Source of the DNA: Promethearchaeota archaeon
GTDB taxonomy: Archaea; Asgardarchaeota; Lokiarchaeia; Sigyniarchaeales; SOKP01
Direction of reading: 5' to 3'
Assembly: GCA_016839585.1 (NCBI GenBank)
Contig: JAEOTZ010000056.1
Location: 11,016 to 75,015 of the forward strand
Length of the DNA stretch: 64,000 nt
The notes below the pieces were generated by a model that was not told the origin of the DNA, made no database searches, and saw only the letters and a list, made by a program, of their open reading frames with translations. Below, piece by piece: positions 32,564-42,808 of the stretch; position 1 is the stretch's first letter, and each line of letters opens with the position of its first letter. The position numbers were made by a program, and so were the translations under genes.

Positions 32564-33100
32564 TCACATTTTAGAGTCGCTCGTAGGAGGATCTATTTCT
32601 ACCTTGTTCCGGTTGTATATCTCTGATATGATTTTAAAGAATGATGCTTTTCTTTCTCTAAAATGATCTTTTGTCTCACCCTTATGTTTATTTATAGTGA
32701 ATTTACACTTTTTTGTCTTGTAGTTACCTTTTTTATCCAAAACGAGAGCACGCTTTTTTCTTGCTTTTAGTACTACTTGTACTTGACCCGGTTTTTTCGG
32801 GATAATATTAGCTACGTCGTGCCATCTTACCCATTTATCTTTTATGCCACTAGCTTCACGAATTTTATCTAAAGCAATGGTGTGAAGAACCCCAGGAGCT
32901 ACCGTGAACATACTCCAGGCAAAACCGTTTTCACTTACTATTAAGAAGCCAGTAACTGGGCTGCGGGCAGCACCGCTTTTAGCACGCTGGCATGCTGAGG
33001 TGATGATTGGATCGCCTATGGGGACATTATTCATTAAGCCTTCATACCTTTTAACTTTATTAGGAGGAACTTCCCAACCTTTTATTATTGGAGGAGTCAT
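32564..33100 (-). CDS. Hypothetical basic protein (possible PH-like fold)
   Basis: GFLIVSENGFAW...WVRWHDV pattern. Paralog-like C-terminus PPTSDSKM. Confidence 0.55.
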   Translation of the reverse strand: MTPPIIKGWEVPPNKVKRYEGLMNNVPIGDPIITSACQRAKSGAARSPVTGFLIVSENGFAWSMFTVAPGVLHTIALDKIREASGIKDKWVRWHDVANIIPKKPGQVQVVLKARKKRALVLDKKGNYKTKKCKFTINKHKGETKDHFRERKASFFKIISEIYNRNKVEIDPPTSDSKM

Positions 33101-33281
33101 CTTTTTTATGTTCTTTTCGCCAAGAAAGTATATATTATAATATAAAAAGATTTTTACTAATTATTTAAGATTTTATGTTTTCTGTTCTTCTCTTTTAAAC
33201 AAAGAAGTAAAATATATTATACTCTTTATTTTTTTCAATATAAATTCAAAATTAAATTAAAAAAAAAAAGAGAAAATTTTA

Positions 33282-35111
33282 TTATTTTTTTATTTTCCTG
33301 TAAAAGATTATTGATGCAAAACCGATAACCAGGAACGCTGTACTTATTAATACATATAAATCATATCCTGGTATAACTTCATCCTTATCTGCTTTAGCAG
33401 ATATTAGATTATATTCAAAGATTACGGTATTTTCATCATTAAGTAGCTGAACGGTCTTATAAATACCGAGAATTTCATCATATGTGCATTTTATTTGAAA
33501 ATCTTCAATAGCTGTGCCATTTTGAGTAACAGTTAACCCAGATAATTCAGTTCCGGCGGGATATGAACGTCCTACTAAATAATAATAAGCGGGAACTGGT
33601 ACAAACCACATCCAACTTCCCCAACTTCCATCTTCAGGATCGCAATATAATCCCGTGCCTGTGGTATAACTTGGTTCTGCACTAAAACTAATAGTAGTCC
33701 AATCCCATACATCATAATACACATACCATAAGTTACCATCTAAGGTGATGTCATTGATTTTTCTTTTCATTTTAGCATCAAGCTGATTACAATCTGTTCC
33801 AAAAAGGGATTGTATATCAATTTCCCAAGAACCTCCAAATACATTTTCCAATTCACCAGTATTCAATTTTGTCACTTTCCATTCGAATTCACTTCCAACA
33901 GGAATTTTAAACTCGAGGAGAATCACTTCAAAGATAGTGTCACCTGCTGAATTTTTAATTTGGAAGAGGTCTGTAACACCAAGATTTTCATCATAAGTCC
34001 ATATAGCTTCATAAGCTTCAACATCAGCATTGGTTTCGGTTACTATATTTCCTGAAGCACTAGTTCCAGCAGAATATGAAAGTTCCTCTAAAAATGTTAC
34101 CACAGGGGTAGCAATTAGCCAAACAGATGGATTCCAAAAAAGTCCAGTTGGATCCATAGGCAAACCATAAGTTACATCATCTCTATCTGGTAATAGTCCG
34201 TGCAATAATTCTTTATCCTTCCAATTCCATCCATCCACAATAATTTGATACCAATCATCGAGACTAGGATAATTTAAAACAGAAACTATTTCAAATTTTG
34301 ATTTATTACCCACTTCAGACGGAGCATTTAACGCCCACCAGCAATAATAGTCTAAAGCTAAATCCCAATCCGATCCAAAAACATCTTCTAATTCTGCTGT
34401 ATTTAATTCAGTAACAATCCAGTTATAAGTTTCAATGGGTTGAATTTTTAGCTCAAATCCCCATAATTCGAAAATAACAGTATCAACATCGTTTTTAATC
34501 ACAAAATTCTTGACTATACCAGTATTTTCATCATAAATCCAATTCACTTCGAAATTTCCTATATCAGTTCCAGTGTAATAAACAATATTATCATAAATGG
34601 AGTATCCCGTGTCATATGATACATTTGCAAGATATATACTTACTGGTCTTCCTATTATCCACACACTGGGATTCCAGAGCTCTCCCGAGGGATTCATAGG
34701 CAGGCTATAACCTTGATCATCTCTTACTGGAGTAGCTCCGAAAGTATTAATTTTGTCTATCCATCCCCATCCATCATAAGTAATTCGCCACCAATCAGGA
34801 TAAGAAGGATGATCCGTAATATTAACAATTGCAAATTTGGATTTCTGACCAAGAGCACTCGGTGCTACATCCCCACACCACCACATATAATCTCCTACAT
34901 CAGTTGCCCAATCTCCACCAAACACACTATTTAATTCAGTAGTATCTAATTCTGTACACACGAATTCAAAATAATCATCAATTTCAAATCCAAGACTGTA
35001 ATCACCTACAGCATTGGTTTTAGGTGTAGGTGATGCTACTCCTTGGAAGATCACACTAGAAACAAGAAGGTTTAAGAGTACTACATAAATTATCCATTTT
35101 TTTGATTTCAT
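33282..35111 (-). CDS. Secreted protein with three internal repeats and a Loki-CTERM-like anchor
   Basis: Signal peptide; three units starting F/Y.W/F.VTEL.T.EL..VFG..W; ends IPGYDL + TM + RKIKK. Confidence 0.8.
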   Translation of the reverse strand: MKSKKWIIYVVLLNLLVSSVIFQGVASPTPKTNAVGDYSLGFEIDDYFEFVCTELDTTELNSVFGGDWATDVGDYMWWCGDVAPSALGQKSKFAIVNITDHPSYPDWWRITYDGWGWIDKINTFGATPVRDDQGYSLPMNPSGELWNPSVWIIGRPVSIYLANVSYDTGYSIYDNIVYYTGTDIGNFEVNWIYDENTGIVKNFVIKNDVDTVIFELWGFELKIQPIETYNWIVTELNTAELEDVFGSDWDLALDYYCWWALNAPSEVGNKSKFEIVSVLNYPSLDDWYQIIVDGWNWKDKELLHGLLPDRDDVTYGLPMDPTGLFWNPSVWLIATPVVTFLEELSYSAGTSASGNIVTETNADVEAYEAIWTYDENLGVTDLFQIKNSAGDTIFEVILLEFKIPVGSEFEWKVTKLNTGELENVFGGSWEIDIQSLFGTDCNQLDAKMKRKINDITLDGNLWYVYYDVWDWTTISFSAEPSYTTGTGLYCDPEDGSWGSWMWFVPVPAYYYLVGRSYPAGTELSGLTVTQNGTAIEDFQIKCTYDEILGIYKTVQLLNDENTVIFEYNLISAKADKDEVIPGYDLYVLISTAFLVIGFASIIFYRKIKK

Positions 35112-35408
35112 AAAAATCGCTTTTTTATTTTATATTATTTAATTTCTTTCAAAAAGTAATTAAATATATATTAGATCTTCAAACGTATATATTAATATTA
35201 ATGTTTTTTTTTTTTCTTGAAATAGGTTATTTTTAACTAATGATCGATAACTACACTACTTCAATTTATAAGCTTCGAGTAACTCCCCGATGATAAGGAG
35301 TAATTTGAAATATTGTGAATCTTGTTCTGCTAACTTGGTAGAATAAAATGGTTTTGAGAGCTTGCGAGCCTATATTAATAAAACTCTTGATATTTTGAAA
35401 TTAGGCTA

Positions 35409-35770
35409 ATTCAATGCTTAATTTATTAGTGGAGAATTGTATATTTTTATAATATTTAGTGATTATTTATTCTAGCAATCCATAAAATTATAAATGAAGG
35501 TGATTAAAAATTACATTAAAATTTCCAAGTTCTATAATTTGTCCTAGCTGCAACAAGGAAATTAGGTTCGAAAGCGATGAAAAGGGTTTGCTAAAGACTG
35601 CTGATCTTCTTACAATGAGAATAAGGACTCCACTTTATACAGTTCCTGGAAAAATAACAGATGCCCGTGTAGATATAACTATATGCACTCAATGTAGCAC
35701 GATAGTTGGACTTGGTAGAAAAATATAAGTTCTGCTTAAATTTTATTCAGCTATAATCTAATTTTTTCTT
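35409..35770 (+). repeat. Direct repeat copy 2
   Basis: Diverged copy of 27166-27520. Confidence 0.9.
35510..35728 (+). CDS. 72-aa zinc-ribbon protein, copy 2, probable ATT start
   Basis: ITLKFPSSIICPSCNKEIRFESDEKGLLKTADLLTMRIRTPLYTVPGKITDARVDITICTQCSTIVGLGRKI*. Same length, frame and four Cys as copy 1. Confidence 0.7.
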   Translation: MTLKFPSSIICPSCNKEIRFESDEKGLLKTADLLTMRIRTPLYTVPGKITDARVDITICTQCSTIVGLGRKI

Positions 35771-35987
35771 TTTTAATTTCTATTTCTTCTCCTTCCATTA
35801 TGGAAAATGGAAATACGCAACTGTAAAATAAAAATTATAAATATAATGTTATTTAGGAGGGTTTAAAAAGCTTTTATTATTTAATAGGTATATCTATTAT
35901 ATGAAAAAGAAAAGAATGGTTTTTTTCTAGTTTTATAGGGTTTCTAGAGAAAAAAGAATAACACTAAGATTTCTAGAGAAGGTTGAG

Positions 35988-36707
35988 ATGAAGAATTTAC
36001 TTGAATTAAAAAAAATTTATCATTATTATGGGAGTGCAAGGGTGCTTGAAGAACTCAATTTAAAAATTGAAGAGAAATCTCTAAATGCTGTTATTGGCCC
36101 AAACGGTGTTGGAAAATCAACACTCCTTAAATTAATAATTGGTTTAGAAAAACCTAACAGAGGAAAAATAGAATTTATAGGTAAAAGAATAGATGGCTTA
36201 AAAGCTCATGAAATCACTAAAAAAGGAATCTCACTTTGTCCAGAACGTCGCAGATTATTCTATGATATGACTGTTTTTGAAAATCTTAAAGTAGGAGGGA
36301 AACTAGTAAAAAAAGAAAGCAGGAAAATCTTTAAAGATCAATTAAACTTTGTTTATGAGATATTCCCTCGTCTTAAAGAAAGAAAAAAACAACGAGCAGG
36401 AACCTTAAGCGGGGGTGAACAACAAATGCTTGCGATAAGCCGTACATTAATGTCAAATCCAAAACTACTCTTGTTGGATGAACCTTCAGTAGGGTTAGCT
36501 CCAATTGTAAAAAAAAAGATATATGGTGCAGTTAAAAAAATAAAACAAGAAGGAACAACCACTTTATTGGTTACACAGGATATAATTTTTGCAATGCATG
36601 TTGCAGATATGATTCATGTACTAGAAGACGGCAAAATTGGAATAAGAGGAACAAAAGAACAATTGGAAAAAGAACCTCGAATAAGAAAAGTATATCTAGG
36701 AATTTAA
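35988..36707 (+). CDS. livF: ABC ATPase, LivF-like (orphan)
   Basis: GPNGVGKST, CPERRRLF, AGTLSGGEQQMLAI, LLLDEPSVGLAP. Confidence 0.85.
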   Translation: MKNLLELKKIYHYYGSARVLEELNLKIEEKSLNAVIGPNGVGKSTLLKLIIGLEKPNRGKIEFIGKRIDGLKAHEITKKGISLCPERRRLFYDMTVFENLKVGGKLVKKESRKIFKDQLNFVYEIFPRLKERKKQRAGTLSGGEQQMLAISRTLMSNPKLLLLDEPSVGLAPIVKKKIYGAVKKIKQEGTTTLLVTQDIIFAMHVADMIHVLEDGKIGIRGTKEQLEKEPRIRKVYLGI

Positions 36708-36844
36708 GTGATTTAAAATTTTAAAAATTCTACTATGAAGCTATTAAGCTTCAAAAACAGCGTTATATCTAGGAAGACAATTCCCTTTAAGAAAATATTT
36801 AGGGTAAAAATGTCAAACTCAAAATCATTTGATGTTTTAAGCTA

Positions 36845-37405
36845 TCAATAAGGGAAACGGAATATACTCCATGGACCAAAAAGAGACAAGAAGAGTCCTA
36901 TAAAATTTATAATAATCCCAAGAACTCCAAGAATGCTTCCAGTTTTCTCAACGTCATTATAAGGTTCGAAAAGCTCTGCTTTTGAACTATTAACTTTAGC
37001 AAAAATGCCCATGATTAGACCCCCCACACGAAATAACAAGATCACGATTGCAATCACTACCATTCTTAAAGTATTATAAGAAGACCAATATAAGACCCTA
37101 TAATAATTATAGCCAATAATCAAGGTTATTATTCCGATGAGGAGTGAGAATATACCCAATCCAAGGCACCATTTTGAATAAGTCCCTGGGATTCCTATTT
37201 GTCTTTGTTGTTTAACTGGTACATAAACTATTTTAGGTACAGTTACATTTGGAATTCTTTCAGTTTTGTAATCAGTTGCTTTAGAAGTGGTTCGAACTTC
37301 AGTTCCACAATTATGACAAAACTTTTGATCTGCTGCTATTTTTTCACCACAATAAGAACAAAACATATTTTTTTTTCTATTTGAGATTTCTAATGTATAA
37401 CGCAC
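36845..37405 (-). CDS. Zinc-ribbon membrane protein
   Basis: MFCSYCG...FCHNCG followed by 3 TM helices. Likely start is MFCSYCG. Confidence 0.75.
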   Translation of the reverse strand: MRYTLEISNRKKNMFCSYCGEKIAADQKFCHNCGTEVRTTSKATDYKTERIPNVTVPKIVYVPVKQQRQIGIPGTYSKWCLGLGIFSLLIGIITLIIGYNYYRVLYWSSYNTLRMVVIAIVILLFRVGGLIMGIFAKVNSSKAELFEPYNDVEKTGSILGVLGIIINFIGLFLSLFGPWSIFRFPY

Positions 37406-37531
37406 TTAGTATTAGTTAATAATATTGAACAGCTAGCCTTTTAAACTTTCTCTATCTGTTCATTATATATTTAGAAAACCAATTCTTTCTACTTGACATC
37501 AATAAAAAAATAAAGAAAAAAGAAACTCATT

Positions 37532-37741
37532 CTAAGAATCTTTATTTAAAGTAAAAGTATAGCCTTCGTCTCTTAATATAATCAAAATTCCCTCTTTTCT
37601 AAATTTATGCATTAGCGGTTTAACTTCTTTTAGAGGGATGCCATAATTTTCAGCCATGACTTCAATCATGAATTTAGGAAATTTTTTATAAGTAAGTTGA
37701 AGAAACTGGAGCATTTCTAAAAAGGATTCTGAATAATCCAT
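37532..37741 (-). CDS. Small winged-helix-like hypothetical protein
   Basis: 69 aa; EVMAENYGIPLKEVKPLMHKFRKEGIL; GAGGTGA SD upstream. Confidence 0.55.
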   Translation of the reverse strand: MDYSESFLEMLQFLQLTYKKFPKFMIEVMAENYGIPLKEVKPLMHKFRKEGILIILRDEGYTFTLNKDS

Positions 37742-37893
37742 TCGAGTACCTTCACCTCATAGATTCTTGAGTTATCATTGAAATTTATGTACTATTAAAA
37801 GTATATAAAGAAAAAACATTGAATCTGGATATAGGTCATATGTCAAATAAAGATGTTAAAATGATTACCCAAGAATAATAAGTAAATAATTAA

Positions 37894-38385
37894 CTAAGGC
37901 ATTTCTAGAACAGATTTCCAAGCAGATATTTCCTTTTCCTTATCAATGTGAAAGGTTTTATCAATTTTTTCCCAGTTGATTTGGTTTAAAACCCCGCCCA
38001 CAAAATTATCATTTATGGCATGAGCGATTCCTTTAATATATTCATCATTATCACTATAAATGTTAATTCTAAGGACATGATTAGTTCCTTTCCTTGCATT
38101 AAATGCTGACACTCTAGCATCGACTTCTACAAATACCCATATTTCAGGTGCTAAATAATATATTTGCTTTTTGCGGGATGGTTTTGATTTGCCCATTTTT
38201 GTGGAATCATCTACGGAACTAAGATAGTCCCATATTTCATCAACAGTATCGGGAATAAAAGTATCGGTCATAAGATCCATTGAATGCCGAGCTTTATTAG
38301 CACCGGCATATAACACAGTTTTAGGAAAATTAAGAAGATTATTTTTTTCTGCAATTTTACGTAGTTTTTTTCCTATGTTCAACAC
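37894..38385 (-). CDS. Hypothetical protein
   Basis: 163-aa ORF with a GAGGTG SD-like site. Confidence 0.6.
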   Translation of the reverse strand: MLNIGKKLRKIAEKNNLLNFPKTVLYAGANKARHSMDLMTDTFIPDTVDEIWDYLSSVDDSTKMGKSKPSRKKQIYYLAPEIWVFVEVDARVSAFNARKGTNHVLRINIYSDNDEYIKGIAHAINDNFVGGVLNQINWEKIDKTFHIDKEKEISAWKSVLEMP

Positions 38386-38545
38386 CTCTAATATTTATTT
38401 ATTTTAAGTTGATATAATTTTAATTTCTCATATATTTAAGCATTTTATCTATTCATATTTCATATCCATAATTTTTAATAGATTAACATTTAATAATAAT
38501 CTCAACTTAATTTAGCATATACCTAGAAAGCTAGAGGGTTTTAAA

Positions 38546-39343
38546 ATGAAATTTATTGATTTGTCTATACCCATCTACAATGAAACTTTAGGCGAAATGC
38601 CTATAATGGCACCTCACATAGAATATAGCGATCATGATACTGGCGCTGAACAGATGTCTTTTATATATCCAAAAATAAAACCAGATCAGCATTTACCTCT
38701 CGGGAAAGGTTGGGCAACAGAAACAGTTACATTAGGTACACATAGTGGAACGCATATGGATGCGCCGTGGCATTATGCCCCAATTCAAGATAGAGAAATT
38801 GGAGAAAAAAAAGTAATGACAATTGATGAGATTCCCCTAGAATGGTGCATTGGTCCGCTCATTGTGTTAGATTTAAAAGACAAAGAAGACGGATATGTTA
38901 TGACACCTGAAGATATAGACCAAAAGTTAGATGATATAGGGCATAAATTACAGGAGGGAGATATTTTGTGCCTTAATACTAATGCCGCTAAATATTTTGG
39001 AACTCCAAAATACATGTATTATGGAGCGGGAGTAGGAAAAGAGGGAACTTTGCATATAGTAAGGCATGGAGTTCATGTCGTAGGAACAGACGCGTGGTCG
39101 TGGGATCCACCACTACCATTAACAGCAAAAAAATGGAAGACAACAGTAAAAGCTAAAAATCCTGATCCTTCTATAATTTGGGAAGGTCACTTTGCCGGGA
39201 TTGAATTAGGATATTTTCAAATGGAAAAATTGACCAATTTAGATAAAGTGCCTCCCGTTGGGGCAATAATTTATTGTTTTCCCATTAAAATTGCGAAAGC
39301 TAGTGCTGGTTGGGTTAGGGCTGTTGCTACAATTCCCGAATAA
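38546..39343 (+). CDS. Cyclase-family metal-dependent hydrolase (kynurenine formamidase-like)
   Basis: IDLSIP, HSGTHMDAPWHY, GTDAWSWD, MEKLTNL. Confidence 0.9.
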   Translation: MKFIDLSIPIYNETLGEMPIMAPHIEYSDHDTGAEQMSFIYPKIKPDQHLPLGKGWATETVTLGTHSGTHMDAPWHYAPIQDREIGEKKVMTIDEIPLEWCIGPLIVLDLKDKEDGYVMTPEDIDQKLDDIGHKLQEGDILCLNTNAAKYFGTPKYMYYGAGVGKEGTLHIVRHGVHVVGTDAWSWDPPLPLTAKKWKTTVKAKNPDPSIIWEGHFAGIELGYFQMEKLTNLDKVPPVGAIIYCFPIKIAKASAGWVRAVATIPE

Positions 39344-39372
39344 ATATTGAATTAAATTAGAAAAAAAAAATT

Positions 39373-41595
39373 TTATTCTTCTTCTTTAAATATATCTTCT
39401 ACTAATTTGGCATCATCTTTAAAGTAAATGAGGGCACCACTCCATTCTTTCAGCACTTCTGAGTATTTTTCTTCAAAGGTTTTGACAAATTCTTTTAAGT
39501 GTCCTCTTACTTCCGCACTTTCATTTCCTTTTATAAAGAGAGCGCCAAAAATACGTTGACCATACTCTAAAAGAATTGTAATGTCGCCATGGTCAATTTT
39601 TTTCAATACTTCGGTAGATTTAGTCATTTCTTTAATAAACGAAGTAATTGCTGAAAACATTCCTGATACTAGTCCCGGATCTTGGGTAGATTCTCTAACA
39701 AAAGGATAATTAAATATTCCCCGACCATCATCATAAATTATATATAATCCTTGTTTTTCTACTCTTTCATAAGTGAAAGAAAATTCAGGTTTCCAGATAC
39801 TTATTAGATTATTAAAAAAGAGATATTTAAGAGTAAAGAACAGTCTCTTTTTTTCATTTTCATCTATTGGTTTAAGCTGCTCTAATAATGTATCCTTTTC
39901 CAAAATACTCAATAAAACCTTAATTTCTTCTCGTTCTTGTTCAATATCCTTTAAATCTATATCTGGTTTTTTCGCAATTAGGTATTGAATTTCTCCTTCA
40001 GAATAATCTTTGTATGTGATATAATCGCCAACTGAGGCAAATATTGTACTTTCTATTCGGCTTTCATCAATTGGGAATTTAATACTTCTAAAATCCTTTT
40101 TAAGATAAAAAATTATCAAACCCCAAATGATTATATTGAACACATACCTTGTAAATAGATAAGGAACTGCCAAAAAACCTAATAAGCCAGAGAGATTAGC
40201 ATCTAAGGCAGCGGTTCTAAAGGTATAAAAGTTGAATCCAAATATAGTAAAAAAACTTGTTTGACCTGTTATCCAGTATTCTTCTGGAGCAAAGTTAATC
40301 AGAGCTGGTGCTTGTAGAAACCCAAATAATATGGAAACTAGGATTATTACTGGCAAAAATGATGTAAAGCTTAAGAATAGACTTTTTAAATATTTTAAGG
40401 TATAAACCAAAAATATAATTATTATAATTAAAGGCACAACTTGTAAAGCAAAAAAATTGAAAATTACCATCGAATCAAATAGAATTGAGTAGTTAAGAGT
40501 TGGATCCACAATATCAGGAATGAATTTTCCTGAATCAATAATAGAATCAGGATCTTCGAATGAAATAAGGTACATGGGATTAAATGCGATCATATTTAAA
40601 AGTAGAAATATGAATACTGCCAAAAAACTAAATACTATTCCATAATAAAAGTTTGTAAAATTTGTTTTTCTAATTTTTTCTTTTTTATGTTTCCACCAAT
40701 CTAATATTTTAATAAAGATGAGAAGAGCTATTGGTTCAAAGATATTAAGGAACAAAACGAAAATTATTGAAGCCATTATAAAATATGCGAAGAAATAAAG
40801 CATTATTGGAATTGAATCTGTATATTGGACAATAAATAATAAGATAGATAAAATCGATATCGGTGCTCCTACTGAATAAAGACTTTTGTATGTATCTCTT
40901 CTCATATCCTCTCCAATATATCGACCCTTTAATGTAATTTGTGAGATATAAATTAACTCTATGCTTAAGATGAAGATTGCAAGATATACAAACAGAATTT
41001 CAAGAAACCACCCTAATGGTGTTTCACTGGTAAGCACTGGATCACTTTCTTTTCCTGTCACAGTTAAAATCACTTGTAAGAGATAAAGTGATATAGGCAA
41101 AAGTACAATCATTAGCTTTAGTATCTCTTTTTCCCTAGCCCAATTATTTTTTATTAATTCTTCTCGAATAAGTTTATAAGGACTGTCACTTAACTGGTAA
41201 GTTAATAGTGTTAAATTGAATTTAATAGGTCCTTCTTCTTTTCTTAACCGATTCCAAACATAAAAAATTGATAAAAAAGGGGCAACAAAAAAAATGAACG
41301 GTAATGTAACTAAGGGGTAATAGGCAAATAAAGAAACTAACGACCCTAAATGAGAAAACATATATCCTAATCCAACTACATCATTTTGGCTTTCTAATTC
41401 TTCAGGATCTAGTTTTACTTGATAAATTATTGGAAGAACCCAGTATATCAAATAAAAAACTAAAATTCCAACATAAATTCTAAGATATAGGTTTCTTATA
41501 GCTTTTTTTCGAATAAAGAAGTAGGGTATTAATAAAATTAAAATTGGAATTGCATTTACATATGTAGTAAATAAAATTTCAGGAGCATTCATCAT
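39373..41595 (-). CDS. Polytopic membrane protein with C-terminal longin-like domain
   Basis: More than 10 hydrophobic segments, then GLYIIYDDGRGIF...DPGLVSGMFSAITSFIKEM...FEEKY....WSG, the typical Asgard longin-like signature. Confidence 0.7.
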   Translation of the reverse strand: MMNAPEILFTTYVNAIPILILLIPYFFIRKKAIRNLYLRIYVGILVFYLIYWVLPIIYQVKLDPEELESQNDVVGLGYMFSHLGSLVSLFAYYPLVTLPFIFFVAPFLSIFYVWNRLRKEEGPIKFNLTLLTYQLSDSPYKLIREELIKNNWAREKEILKLMIVLLPISLYLLQVILTVTGKESDPVLTSETPLGWFLEILFVYLAIFILSIELIYISQITLKGRYIGEDMRRDTYKSLYSVGAPISILSILLFIVQYTDSIPIMLYFFAYFIMASIIFVLFLNIFEPIALLIFIKILDWWKHKKEKIRKTNFTNFYYGIVFSFLAVFIFLLLNMIAFNPMYLISFEDPDSIIDSGKFIPDIVDPTLNYSILFDSMVIFNFFALQVVPLIIIIIFLVYTLKYLKSLFLSFTSFLPVIILVSILFGFLQAPALINFAPEEYWITGQTSFFTIFGFNFYTFRTAALDANLSGLLGFLAVPYLFTRYVFNIIIWGLIIFYLKKDFRSIKFPIDESRIESTIFASVGDYITYKDYSEGEIQYLIAKKPDIDLKDIEQEREEIKVLLSILEKDTLLEQLKPIDENEKKRLFFTLKYLFFNNLISIWKPEFSFTYERVEKQGLYIIYDDGRGIFNYPFVRESTQDPGLVSGMFSAITSFIKEMTKSTEVLKKIDHGDITILLEYGQRIFGALFIKGNESAEVRGHLKEFVKTFEEKYSEVLKEWSGALIYFKDDAKLVEDIFKEEE

Positions 41596-41674
41596 TATTC
41601 ACATGTATTTTTTTATTAAATAAAATGTATTTAAAATAAAGTATGCAAATTTTAATATAATAATTTAGTTATTT

Positions 41675-42793
41675 TTGAATATTTTTAATTTTAATATGCC
41701 AAAGAATAATAAAATTGGAATTGTTGTTGATGATGACTTTGCTTCGAAGAATATTCCCCCATATCCACATCCAATCTTTCTTTCTTACGAAACTCCTCTT
41801 AGGATTAAATCTATTTTGACTCACTTTGAAAATAGAAAAATTTTCGATAATGAAAATATAATTAAACTAAAACCTAAACTAATAGATGAATCAATAATTA
41901 ACTTGGCTCATACAAAATATCATATTGATTCTATTAAAAATCTCTCAAATTTAGGTAGTGGCTTTCTTGGCGAAGAAATCTACATCACAAAAGACACCTT
42001 TTTACTAGCAAAAAAAGCAATTGGAGGTACTATACAAGCAATTGAGAGTGTAATAAATCAAGATGTAAATCAATCGTTTGCTCTTATAAGACCACCAGGA
42101 CACCATGCTTTGAGAGAAAAGGCTTCTGGATTTTGTATATTTAATAATATAGCAAATTCAATTATATTTTTACGGGAAAAACTCAATTATAAAAAAAAAA
42201 TTGCAATTATTGATATTGATAGTCATTTTGGTGATGGATTAGTACAATATTTTTATGATGATCCAAATGTGCTTTATTTTTCTATTCATGAATTTGATTT
42301 TGTAGAGGGAGAAATAGGTTTTATAAATGAATTAGGTGAGGGTGATGGTCTAGGCAAAAGTATTAACTTTCCAATACCAATGCACTGTACAGATGATATA
42401 TTTTTAGAATTTATGGACATACTTGAACCATTATTAAATGAATTTTGCCCTGATCTAATAATTATTGCTGCTGGATTTGATATGCATTTCTCAGATCCAA
42501 TAGGAAACTGTAGTTTAACATCTAATTCTTATTTCAAATTCACTAAGAGAATTTTAAAAATATCAAATGATATATGCATGGGCAAATTAGTATTTGTTTT
42601 AGAAGGTGGCTATAATTTAATAGCATTACCATTCTGTGTCCATGCTGTCATAAATGCACTTTTAAATGAAGAATATGAACCACCCACTTTTGAGAATATT
42701 GAATTCTTAGAAAAGTGTAAAATTGAAGATATAACTAAAATAAAAAATTCTTTAAAAAACTTATTAGCTAATTACTGGATTTCAATACAATAA
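41675..42793 (+). CDS. Histone deacetylase-family (class II-like) amidohydrolase
   Basis: ETPLRI, RPPGHHA, GFCIFNN, DIDSHFGDG, AGFDMH..DP, LEGGY. Likely ATG start at 41696. Confidence 0.92.
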   Translation: MNIFNFNMPKNNKIGIVVDDDFASKNIPPYPHPIFLSYETPLRIKSILTHFENRKIFDNENIIKLKPKLIDESIINLAHTKYHIDSIKNLSNLGSGFLGEEIYITKDTFLLAKKAIGGTIQAIESVINQDVNQSFALIRPPGHHALREKASGFCIFNNIANSIIFLREKLNYKKKIAIIDIDSHFGDGLVQYFYDDPNVLYFSIHEFDFVEGEIGFINELGEGDGLGKSINFPIPMHCTDDIFLEFMDILEPLLNEFCPDLIIIAAGFDMHFSDPIGNCSLTSNSYFKFTKRILKISNDICMGKLVFVLEGGYNLIALPFCVHAVINALLNEEYEPPTFENIEFLEKCKIEDITKIKNSLKNLLANYWISIQ

Positions 42794-42808
42794 GAAAAAA
42801 TTAAGAAA

